A DNA stretch of 14,428 nt from Synechococcus sp. (GTDB lineage Bacteria > Cyanobacteriota > Cyanobacteriia > Thermostichales > PCC-7336), in the NCBI GenBank assembly GCA_051439425.1, contig JBFRWD010000157.1:1-14428 (forward strand), given 5' to 3'. A program made the translations under genes and the position numbers. A model generated the notes under the pieces. It saw only the letters and a list, made by a program, of their open reading frames with translations. It made no database searches and was not told the DNA's origin. Below, piece by piece: positions 1-8,596 of the stretch; the first letter of the stretch is position 1; every line of letters starts with the position of its first letter.

Positions 1-1
1 G

Positions 2-829
2 CAATTTTGGTTTGGGAGCAATGACGATAGAGAGGAGTATCCCACCCTACTGTTTTTGCACGGTTTTGGTGGCGGATCTTCATCGTATGAATGGTCGAAA
101 GTTTATCCGGCATTTGCCAGTCAGTACCGCATCCTTGCTCCCGATTTAATCGGTTGGGGCCAATCCAGTCATCCCCCCCTTCAGTATCAAATCGATGACT
201 ACCTGAGTAGCCTGACAGAATTCATCGAGAAAACTTGTAACTCCCCGATCGCAGTCATTGCATCATCTCTCACGGCTGCCTTCACGATCCGAATGGCGAT
301 CGCTCGTCCGGAGCTATTCAAGTCGCTCATCCTAATCGCGCCAGCAGGACTTAAGGATTTCGGCAAAGAAGTCAGTCCTCTGGCTCAGATTTTTAGCATT
401 CCTGTTCTGGATCGCCTAATCTATCAGACAGCGATTTCGAATGAATGGGCGATCGAAAACTTTCTAAAACAACAAACTTTTGCTCGGCCAGAGCGAGTCT
501 ATCCAGAAATTGTCAATGCTTATCTGGATTCAGCTATGCAGCCCAACGCTGAATATAGTGCTTTATCTTTTGTACGTGGGGATCTGAGCTTCGATCTTGC
601 AACATACATGCCACAACTAGATACTCCAACCGCAATCCTATGGGGACGCGCAGCCAAATTCTCCCGCCCAGACGTCGGTCGTCGCTTGTCAGAGCTCAAC
701 TCGAAGGCAGTTAAAGTATTTCGGATACTGGAAGATGTTGGACTAACGCCCCAGCTAGAAGTGCCTGCAGTTCTAGCTGGATTGATGCAGAAGTATCTAT
801 TGATGCTGGACAACAGCAATGAACTGTGA
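2..829 (+). CDS. Alpha/beta-fold hydrolase family protein, 5' end outside the window
   Basis: The frame is open from base 2 (QFWFGSNDDREEYPTLLFLHGFGGGSSSYEW...), so the ORF-track TTG at 56 is internal. Motifs LFLHGFGGG, YRILAPDLIGWGQS and PTAILWG are typical of the fold. The nucleophile-elbow position reads VIASSLT. Stop TGA at 827-829. Confidence 0.9.
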   Translation, partial: QFWFGSNDDREEYPTLLFLHGFGGGSSSYEWSKVYPAFASQYRILAPDLIGWGQSSHPPLQYQIDDYLSSLTEFIEKTCNSPIAVIASSLTAAFTIRMAIARPELFKSLILIAPAGLKDFGKEVSPLAQIFSIPVLDRLIYQTAISNEWAIENFLKQQTFARPERVYPEIVNAYLDSAMQPNAEYSALSFVRGDLSFDLATYMPQLDTPTAILWGRAAKFSRPDVGRRLSELNSKAVKVFRILEDVGLTPQLEVPAVLAGLMQKYLLMLDNSNEL

Positions 830-881
830 GCCGATCAGGTATTTATGTTTCGGCCGAAAGTCTCAGAATTCCAATCAATAT

Positions 882-1076
882 CTACTCGCTCCTCAATATT
901 TTTAACAGCCGTGAAGTCTCTACACTCGACTCATCATTAAGGCATCCACTCGACTTAGCGTATTGGCATATCCGAGCTATGCATACTTCGCGATCGAATG
1001 GCTTACCTGCGCGTGGGTAGAATAGCTTTCCATCAGTGGTGATTCCGCAGGCAATACATGTTTGCTTGCTACTCAT
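882..1076 (-). CDS. Small Cys-rich hypothetical protein (64 aa), possible metal-binding
   Basis: ATG preceded by GAGGT (1086-1090, 9-nt spacer). Pattern CxxCG...CxARICQYAKxxGCLN resembles, from recall, a conserved small cyanobacterial hypothetical family (CPVCG...ARVCQY...GCIN). Confidence 0.7.
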   Translation of the reverse strand: MSSKQTCIACGITTDGKLFYPRAGKPFDREVCIARICQYAKSSGCLNDESSVETSRLLKILRSE

Positions 1077-1644
1077 TAAACGAATACCTCTGTTGAAGGA
1101 ATGACCTGTGACTTAAAGAAGATAGCATAGAAATCAACGCATAAGAACTCTGTCTCTGATTCAAGGGAATCAGCTCAAACATAGAGATTTCTCTAAAATT
1201 AAATGATTACAACCTAAGTGCTTCATTTAGTGAATATATTACCGAGCCAAAGGTGTCAGTATTATAAATTTCGGAAATATTTTCTAATCTAGATGGGGTC
1301 ACTACAGCTGCCAAATCATTGTTATGACAAAGGCAATATCAAACTAAATTCAAGAAACACCACGATCGGCAACCTTCTTCATTCTCAACAGCTGCAATCC
1401 TAATTCGGCTGTCGGCTCCCCGAGGTAAGGTGCAATGGAATGTGCAATGAACCCAGCACTGAATACTAATTGGACATGTAGTGCACCTTTCGGTCTTCAA
1501 TCACACATGTTTTCTGAGGATCATCTTGCAAGTTAAGGATTAATGCGACGCCTCGGCGGCGACGCAGTTCCTATTCAAACTCAAATTTCAGAGCACATTT
1601 GGAGCACAGCTATGCCAGAAAAGAATGAGTTTGTACTCTACAAG

Positions 1645-1887
1645 TCAAGGAGACTGCTCTAGATAAAGTCTCCAGAGTAATTGTGATACTTCTGGCTCAA
1701 TGTGGTGAGATACATTCTGATGACAAGTTGCTAACCTTGTTTCTGCTGCGAATAGTTGTTTTGACCAGTACTGTTTATCTTGTTGGGGTGGACCTAGCGA
1801 AAGTAGCTGGATGGCGATCGCTCTTCTACTTTTCCAAAACTCTATATCTCCTTGGCCCACGTGTTGGCTATTTTGCTCCCGGTACAC
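1645..1887 (-). CDS. Hypothetical protein (80 aa), unverified
   Basis: GTG start with a weak AAAAGG upstream. Protein-like composition with no recognisable motif. An imperfect hairpin at 1544-1566 lies downstream. Confidence 0.4.
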   Translation of the reverse strand: MYREQNSQHVGQGDIEFWKSRRAIAIQLLSLGPPQQDKQYWSKQLFAAETRLATCHQNVSHHIEPEVSQLLWRLYLEQSP

Positions 1888-2300
1888 AAGTCCAAGACCT
1901 TTTCTAAGATGCGAATGACTTTAGTCTAAACAAATGCAACGGATTTTCACAGCGAGCATAACCGGTTCCGCGACGTCAATTTATGCTTACTGACTTAGAT
2001 CCAACAGCAGTCGGCAACCGAGCATTTAGCGACGTAGAGCAAAATAATCCTACATATCGTGCGTCAATCGGTCAGTCTGCTTGAGAACGTACTATTAATT
2101 CCATCAGTTGTTCTATCGAATATATAAAATAGAACCAGATATAATCCCTATTTTTTATAAGCAGCTTCTATCCTTATCCTTTTTCATTATCTAATTCGCG
2201 GATATATACTTTTCTATTGTAAGGCTTCTGGTATTCAGGCCGATTGGCAACTGATATTCTGCAACCTCCTAATAGACTGACATTTATCGATTGTGTTCGT

Positions 2301-2334
2301 AAGAAATCCCCCTTGCTGAGGAGTAGCAAGGGGG
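2301..2334 (-). terminator. Probable intrinsic terminator of psb34
   Basis: Perfect 10-bp stem CCCCCTTGCT (2308-2317) / AGCAAGGGGG (2325-2334) with a 7-nt loop. On the minus strand it is followed by ATTTCTT. It lies 50 nt after the psb34 stop. Confidence 0.7.
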
Positions 2335-2384
2335 GGCTAAGGCTATGGAGGTTGAAACTTTGCAAGATTAGAGTTGTCTTGCTA

Positions 2385-2552
2385 CTAACTGACGCTAAAA
2401 GAGATCAGCAGGGTGGCTACCACCAGTAAGGCTGCAGCAGCTCCTTGGCGCAAATAGGCTTGCTGTTCCCAGTAAGTGGGGTAGGAGGCGACATAAGCTT
2501 TGGGCATATCTGCATAGTTGTTGGCTACGCCGTTTTCATCGAAGCGATACAT
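2385..2552 (-). CDS. psb34: Photosystem II assembly factor Psb34 / Ssl1498-family light-harvesting-like protein (55 aa)
   Basis: Hand translation: MYRFDENGVANNYADMPKAYVASYPTYWEQQAYLRQGAAAALLVVATLLISFSVS*. It has the family hallmarks DExGxxNN(Y/F)AxxPKxYxAxYP...QQ..Y..QG and one C-terminal TM helix ending in VS. GGAGG lies 5 nt upstream of the ATG. It is below the ORF-track size cutoff. Confidence 0.88.
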   Translation of the reverse strand: MYRFDENGVANNYADMPKAYVASYPTYWEQQAYLRQGAAAALLVVATLLISFSVS

Positions 2553-2578
2553 ATGGGCCTCCGAAGAAGAATTAATCT

Positions 2579-2596
2579 GATGTAAATAAATGTAAA
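2579..2596 (-). promoter_or_regulatory. HLR1-type direct repeat (putative RpaB site) upstream of psb34
   Basis: The minus strand reads TTTACATT-TA-TTTACATC, matching (G/T)TTACA(T/A)(T/A)-N2-(G/T)TTACA(T/A)(T/A) with one mismatch. It overlaps a TACATT -10-like hexamer and ends 26 nt before the ATG. Confidence 0.7.
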
Positions 2597-3794
2597 CAAT
2601 GCTTTACAAAAGCGCAACTCTTTCTCGGGGAAACTGCTGTATTGAACAGCCTCAATGTTACTGAAGAACTTTTCTAGACCCAAAAACTGGTGACTCTCAA
2701 GGGCTGAAACCGCCTGAAAGTCTTATCCAGAACGGAATATAGAGTTTACGGAAGGACGAATGTACTTCGGATGGTCGTCATCACCGCATCCTTATCTTTT
2801 GTAACGAAATCCTGGAGTTGTTACAAAGGCTCTCATTTTTCCTCGGTCATCTTCCGTTAGAACTCTTGGAAAACGGCAACTCGATTGTCGTATATGGGTA
2901 GGCCTTGCTCTGGCAGCTTGCTCTAGAAAGTAAAGCTTGTTGCTAGTACTGCCCAATTTGATTATGTTCAACACGATCAAAATTCGGTGCGCGAATCAAG
3001 CCTGTGCAGATTTGCGCAGCATTTATAGTGCTCGCCATTTCAGTTAGGACAAGCGAATCTAAGCACAGTCAGGGATGAACATCGCTGAACTGTCTGCATT
3101 GGTGTGGCCACTACCATACCTTTTGGAGTGGTTCTTTGCTGCATAGAACCACTCACCCTCTCGGCCATGCAGTCCCCACTCAGAAATTGTGCAGGTTATG
3201 GTGAGTTTCTTTCGTTTGGGACTCTCTTACACCAACGCGAAGAGTCAGATAGACGATCGTTAAAGGTTTTCCAGCGGGAATTAGAGCATCCAGGTCAGGA
3301 ATCCGAGTGGGTTAAGGCACACCGCAGGGAATCCATCAGATGGTGGCGGCGGACTAGTCGATAATGCCACTGGTTTAACTGTTGCGAGATGGGTCGTTCA
3401 GGATCGATGCAGTCGTTGTTGACGTACATCCTGAGTCGCGCCCCAAACATGGCATATCGAGAGGCAAAGGAGTAAGACTGAATGTCTGATTTCAAAGTTG
3501 GGAGCGATCGCACGTTAAATCCTGGCTGAAATTGCAATCAAAACCCCATCACACCTCCATCATCGTTCCCGAATGCCACTAAAATTCAACATTTTTACAA
3601 GTGATGACATATCGATAAAGCATGTTCTTCATAGCAAAAGACATGCTGCCTATAGATAATCTTGATTGCACACTCACTACAAGCATTTGAACTACGTCAA
3701 CAAACCCCGATATGCCCGAGTCCAATACCTTTAAGTCACTCCACAGCTCTTGACGGGGGTCACAGGGTTGCTCGTTTCGCTCTCATGCCCTAAC

Positions 3795-3815
3795 AAAAAC
3801 CCCCGCAAGCGGGGG
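3795..3815 (-). terminator. Intrinsic terminator of ctaA-ctaB
   Basis: The minus strand reads CCCCCG-CTTG-CGGGGG-TTTTT, about 65 nt after the ctaB stop. Confidence 0.85.
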
Positions 3816-3879
3816 CCAAAACGATTGAGAGATATGGTTACACAGTTAACATTCAGGAAGTGCTGTTGCCAGGTCTAGG

Positions 3880-4848
3880 CTAAACAATCAGGGCAGACAG
3901 TACACCACCAATCTGGTTCACAATCGTGCGGGTAAACGGCATGGCATCTACCCCCATTGCAAAGCACAGCACCATTAAATAGTAGAGGGAGTACTTAAAC
4001 AGAGAGCGGGCCAATTCACGGTTCTCCGGATCGCGCAATAAGTACCAATTTTTGCGGATGAATATTTCTCCCAGCACAAACGCACAAGTTGCATATACCC
4101 ATCCCAATTGATGGAGTGGAAATACCAATAGAAAGGTAACCGGAATGGTTAGCAGAGTGTACGCCATCATCTGCCGTACGGTGGCTTTATCTCCCACGAC
4201 TACCGGCATCATCGGCACTTTAACCAGGGCGTACTCATCGCGCATCATGAGTGCTAGTGCCCAGAAGTGAGGGGGAGTCCACAGCAATACGATCGCAAAT
4301 AACACCCAAGCTCCCCAGTCCAAGCTGCCAGTAACAGCCGCCCAGCCCACCAGGGGGGGAATCGCTCCCGCCGCTCCACCAATCACAATGTTTTGGGTGC
4401 TGCTGCGTTTGAGCCACAACGTGTAAATCACCACATATACAGCAATTCCCGACATTGCCAACAGCGCAGCTAGCAGGTTGGCATAGGTCGCCAACAAAGA
4501 GAACGACGCAATCGCTAATCCTCCGGCAAACAACAAAGCATCCCGAGGACTGACTCGCCCAGAAGGTAAAGGACGGTGGCGGGTGCGCTCCATATCGAAG
4601 TCGATATCGCGGTCGTACCAGCAATTAATTGTGTTGGCTGCAGCAGACGCTAATGCTCCACCGAGCAATGTCACCATCATCAGTGCCGGATCGACAGGCT
4701 CCCCATTCGCTGCAACCCACATTCCGCCTGCAGTGGTGATCAGTAGCAGAACAATGATGCGCGGTTTGGTGAGCTGGTAATAACTTCCCAAGACCTGGCC
4801 GAGAGTGCGGTTAATTCGCCCAGAGCCCGAAATAGTAGTGTCAAACAT
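3880..4848 (-). CDS. ctaB: Protoheme IX farnesyltransferase (heme o synthase, CtaB/CyoE/Cox10)
   Basis: Motifs [65 protein letters not shown] and DEY. Multi-TM protein located directly downstream of ctaA. Confidence 0.97.
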   Translation of the reverse strand: MFDTTISGSGRINRTLGQVLGSYYQLTKPRIIVLLLITTAGGMWVAANGEPVDPALMMVTLLGGALASAAANTINCWYDRDIDFDMERTRHRPLPSGRVSPRDALLFAGGLAIASFSLLATYANLLAALLAMSGIAVYVVIYTLWLKRSSTQNIVIGGAAGAIPPLVGWAAVTGSLDWGAWVLFAIVLLWTPPHFWALALMMRDEYALVKVPMMPVVVGDKATVRQMMAYTLLTIPVTFLLVFPLHQLGWVYATCAFVLGEIFIRKNWYLLRDPENRELARSLFKYSLYYLMVLCFAMGVDAMPFTRTIVNQIGGVLSALIV

Positions 4849-4899
4849 AGATTCAAATGCCTAATGGATTACGAACGCGAACAGAACAGCGTTCAGGAC

Positions 4900-5973
4900 T
4901 TAGACAGACGTTGCTGGGGCTTGTTCGGCCCGCTCTAGTTCTTTGCGATCTTGCTCGTCGGATTCCCCGCTCGGCTGGAGTCGCAGTCGCCAAGCCAAAA
5001 GGGTGAAACACAGCAGCGTACCGAGCAAAGCCGCACCAATGGCTTGGTGAGTAACCGTCAGCGGCTCAACTTGTAAGTGCAAGCGATAGGTTGCTGTTCC
5101 GACAACCAACTGTGCGATCAAAAGCAGCGTCGCAAGATATGACAGTCGTCGTAAACCAGCCGTTTTATTCGGTGCAATCCAGGTGGCAAGCGCCACAGAG
5201 AGCGTCGCAGTTGCAGCAGGTAGAATGCCGATTAGGTGGGCATTCATGACTCCGCAGAGTTCGGATTCGCCAAAGCACAAATGCAGTGCCCATTGGGAGG
5301 CCACAAGTGCTCCCAAAATACTTTGGCCGTAAATGGCTACAGTTGCGATCGTACCGACCCAAGGAATATAGCCGGTTACAACTCCGCCACCGGTATTTGC
5401 CAACGTTGACGATCGATCGGCTTGAGACCGATCGACAGCTGAAGAGCGTTTAGCGACGGAGCCTGTCAATTGTGTCAGCCCCATACCGATTGACAGCAGC
5501 AAGCTGAAGAACAACAAACCGGTACCCAAATGGGCTGTGACAATATCGAATCGCAGCAGCTCGGTCACCGTTAGGCCACCCAAAATACCCTGGAAAACCA
5601 CGAGCCCCAAAGCCCCAAGCGATGCCCAAGGCAGCCAATTGGGAAGACGTTTTCTCAACCCCCAACTGCTGCCCACCAAGGCAATAGCACCCAGGCCCAC
5701 ACTGGTCGCTATCACTCGGTGAAACCATTCCAGGAATACCTGAAGCGTCATGCGATCTCGCGGGATTACTTCGCCAAAGCAGAGAGGCCAATCAGGGCAG
5801 GATAACCCTGCATTCATGACGCGGGTGGCACTTCCCAGAGCCATTAAAAAAAACGTTACTCCTGCTAGGGCGAACACATACAGCCGAAAGCGGGAAACAA
5901 TCACCGGATCGATTTGACGACGAGTGGCGTCTGAAGATGAGCCACCTTGAGCGGGGAAATAGGTGTTCTGCAT
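4900..5973 (-). CDS. ctaA: Heme A synthase (CtaA/Cox15 family)
   Basis: Motifs GSATRVMNAGLSCPDWPLCFG, FLEWFHR, QGILGGLTV, VTAHLG, a second Cys pair (LCFGESELC), AHL and THQ. ATG at 5973 is preferred over the ORF-track TTG at 5994. Confidence 0.95.
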   Translation of the reverse strand: MQNTYFPAQGGSSSDATRRQIDPVIVSRFRLYVFALAGVTFFLMALGSATRVMNAGLSCPDWPLCFGEVIPRDRMTLQVFLEWFHRVIATSVGLGAIALVGSSWGLRKRLPNWLPWASLGALGLVVFQGILGGLTVTELLRFDIVTAHLGTGLLFFSLLLSIGMGLTQLTGSVAKRSSAVDRSQADRSSTLANTGGGVVTGYIPWVGTIATVAIYGQSILGALVASQWALHLCFGESELCGVMNAHLIGILPAATATLSVALATWIAPNKTAGLRRLSYLATLLLIAQLVVGTATYRLHLQVEPLTVTHQAIGAALLGTLLCFTLLAWRLRLQPSGESDEQDRKELERAEQAPATSV

Positions 5974-6977
5974 AGAGCGTGCAATTATTGGCAACGGCCA
6001 GGCGATATGCGTTCAGCAGCGACTGTTTTCGTGTTCGAGTCAATCGAGCAAGAGTGTATTGCTGCTCCGAGCGAAATGCCTTTACGCTCACTGTAGAAAC
6101 AGTCTCAATTTATGTGCCGAGCTTTAATGTTTTCTTCGATATGTGTGCAAGCCTGAAGCACGAACAAAGTTATATTTCGTATCTTTTCGGCGTGTAGTTC
6201 TAGTCTGGGGGATTGGGAAGACAGGCGATCGTATTGATTTAAGCTTTCAGGCGTCGTTCAAAATTGGCTTTCCTCCCTGATTGGCAAGCATTTTGGAAGA
6301 AAAACACATGGTCGTGGTGTGGAAAATTGCCAAGGCTAATATGGGAAATAAACCAATCAAAGGTCACCTATCGCTGATGTTCCCAGATTAGGTCAGAACA
6401 CTCTAGCGACGAGATGTTGCCTTCAGAGGGTGAACGGAGTCCCAACACTACAGCTTGGCCAAGCTGCTCCAATCGCTGTTGTAAGTGACACCCACTGAGA
6501 TGATGGCCCGCCCACAGCAGCTGCAATACTTTGTCGAGGCTTTTTGACTGCAACTGCTCACCGGTTTGCCTTAAAGCAATGTGCCGTATTCATTGCGCTA
6601 CCTTATATCGGTAGGCTGACGTGGACTTGGCTCAAAGTCGACTAAAGGAGCTCGATCTGTATATATCTACGTCCAGGAGAAGAGGTGCTCGCTCTCCTGG
6701 CTCCTAAAACTAGCATCCCTGCACATTCAAAAAAATATGTATAGAAAGAATTGGTTAAATCATTAGAAAAGTTTGCTTCAAATCGTGAATCTTTCTTTGC
6801 AGTTTCCTGAGAAATGGGAAAGCTTAGCTAGCCTGTCGGTATATAAGCAGTCACCTGTCTTGCGAGCAGTAAGTCAGGGTATTTTAGGCCTTCAGCTTCT
6901 GTGATATGTGGAAGAGCCGTACCCTAACAAACATCGCATAATTAAGGAATACACCTAGTCATTAGGTGGGGCTTCAT

Positions 6978-8534
6978 ATGGTTGAACTAGCAACGCTTCA
7001 TCTCATGTCCGCTCAATTACTGTTCGCTAGTTTGCTAGCCATATTTGCTTTTTCAACGGTTGCTGCCGCCGAGCCATCTCTTGATTCAGATCCTGTAGAC
7101 TCCGACTTGGCTGAAATCAACGACGCACGTTTAACAGGGTTGTTTCCCGATCGCGTTCGAATCGTTGTTGCCCAGCAATCCCCGTTCCCTGAGCCCGAGG
7201 TATTGCAACTATCGGTCTCTCGGGATTCAATGCAAGACCCTGCCACCACAAACCCGACTTCGAACGGTACTCCTGCCCTGAACTTGCAACTATCAACCAC
7301 CTCCACTCTGCTGCAGGATAGCGATGATACCCTGTCTCGCTTGGTTGACACTCTGGCCCAATCCTTTCCCTCGCAACCGACTTTAGTGGCCACCGTACAA
7401 GGGCTGATGCCGCTCTATTTGCGCAGCGTTCAAAATGTGGAAGAAGAGCGATTGGGCATTCGCTCCGTTCGTAGCTCTATGGGAGAGGGAACTGATAGCA
7501 TTAACCAATTACTGGAGCAATTTTCGAATCGCTATCACTGTAACCTTGCTTGGCAATCGCCCCTCCGGCAATCCACCACAGGTATAGCTGTAGACCATTA
7601 CTTAGCCGTTCAACGTTCGAGCTTCGACGACACCTCTTTGTGCCAGCCGTTGCGTTCAGTCGAACGGTTGAGCTTACTGACTCGACTGACGTTTGTCCCT
7701 CTCGATCTGGGAGAATTTGCTCATTTGGATTGGGGCACGATCAACTATCAAGTCATAAAAGATGGGGACGACAACATTACCGGTTCGATCGGTATTTCCC
7801 CCTCTGTTGTTATTCAACCCATTAGTGGGTTAAGCCTACAGGTCGAGCACAATCTCGAATTTCAAGGTGACTCTGAAACTCAAGAGAATTGGTTTGTTGC
7901 TGCCCACAGTCACCAAACAGGAGCAATTGCAAGCGTGCACCTGCCCAATGTCGTTGGCAATCAGTTCAGTGTTTTAGCAGAAAGTGCTTATGACTGGGTG
8001 ACAGAAGAGTGGAAAAGCAGCGAGATAACTGTGGTCTGGAATGTCTTACCGTTGGGCATTCGGTGGGAAGCCAACACCCACTATTTGCCCTCACAGACGA
8101 GACTAAACCCGGTCGAGTTGACCTTTCAGCACGAGCTGCCCTGGAATGTCCGTTGGGGATTTCGCACCCATTACCACCAAGAAAAGGGAGAACTCGATCC
8201 GCTCGACTTCACATTCGATCACGATCTGCCACTTATGGAATGGTTGGCCGCGAATCGGAGTGATGAATCTCCAACCATTCCATTGGGTTTGCGCTATGGC
8301 GTACAGACGCAGCAGGTCGATCGAGACACTGTCGACTATGCGGTTGGGGTCGGGGTAGAAATTGGCGACCAAGAAACTGGCCAGTGGGATTTTCGGTTGG
8401 ATTGGGATGGCATCAACGTCGATAGTCTCAGCACCAGCTACGATCGGGCAGACTGGCGCATGCTTGTGCGAGTGGAACCAGACCCCGATGATTATTCTGT
8501 GGAAGGCCGCTTAACGTTATTCCCTGGCAATTAG
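6978..8534 (+). CDS. Hypothetical exported protein, probably with an outer-membrane beta-barrel-like C-terminal half
   Basis: Long ORF with possible starts at GTG 6966, ATG 6978 and ATG 7005. It has a signal-like segment (LLFASLLAIFAFSTVAAA|EP) and a P/S/T/D-rich linker. The C-terminal half is made of alternating amphipathic, aromatic-rich strands (e.g. VDYAVGVGVEI, WDFRLDW, WRMLVRVE, YSVEGRLTLF). Family not recognised. Confidence 0.8.
   Translation: MVELATLHLMSAQLLFASLLAIFAFSTVAAAEPSLDSDPVDSDLAEINDARLTGLFPDRVRIVVAQQSPFPEPEVLQLSVSRDSMQDPATTNPTSNGTPALNLQLSTTSTLLQDSDDTLSRLVDTLAQSFPSQPTLVATVQGLMPLYLRSVQNVEEERLGIRSVRSSMGEGTDSINQLLEQFSNRYHCNLAWQSPLRQSTTGIAVDHYLAVQRSSFDDTSLCQPLRSVERLSLLTRLTFVPLDLGEFAHLDWGTINYQVIKDGDDNITGSIGISPSVVIQPISGLSLQVEHNLEFQGDSETQENWFVAAHSHQTGAIASVHLPNVVGNQFSVLAESAYDWVTEEWKSSEITVVWNVLPLGIRWEANTHYLPSQTRLNPVELTFQHELPWNVRWGFRTHYHQEKGELDPLDFTFDHDLPLMEWLAANRSDESPTIPLGLRYGVQTQQVDRDTVDYAVGVGVEIGDQETGQWDFRLDWDGINVDSLSTSYDRADWRMLVRVEPDPDDYSVEGRLTLFPGN
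8046..8231 (+). repeat. Internal 30-aa (90-nt) tandem repeat in the exported protein
   Basis: LPLGIRWEANTHYLPSQTRLNPVELTFQHE / LPWNVRWGFRTHYHQEKGELDPLDFTFDHD / LP..., with units starting at 8046, 8136 and 8226. The later IPLGLRYG looks like a partial third copy. Confidence 0.75.
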
Positions 8535-8596
8535 AGGGGGCGGACGCTTAATGTCTTTCCGATCGATCTGCTGTAATGTGCCTGGCTAAATTGGTA

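Noticed and set aside
2174..2429. ORFs 2174..2365 (-) and 2244..2429 (+)
   Set aside because: They run through the psb34 terminator or 3' end, use weak starts and show no motif.
2592..2607. GTA...TAC dyad upstream of psb34 as an NtcA site
   Set aside because: The spacer is 10 nt rather than the 8 nt of GTA-N8-TAC. The HLR1 reading fits better.
2695..2760. GGCTGAAACCGCCTGAAAGTCTTATCCAG, reminiscent of cyanobacterial IS/MITE ends or CRISPR leaders
   Set aside because: No partner inverted repeat, target-site duplication, transposase or repeat-spacer array is visible in the window.
3089..3364. ORF 3104..3364 and its upstream TVCIGVATTIP as a GGDEF-domain remnant
   Set aside because: Only one short motif-like stretch is present, with no GG(D/E)EF or ADxALY motif in the frames I read.
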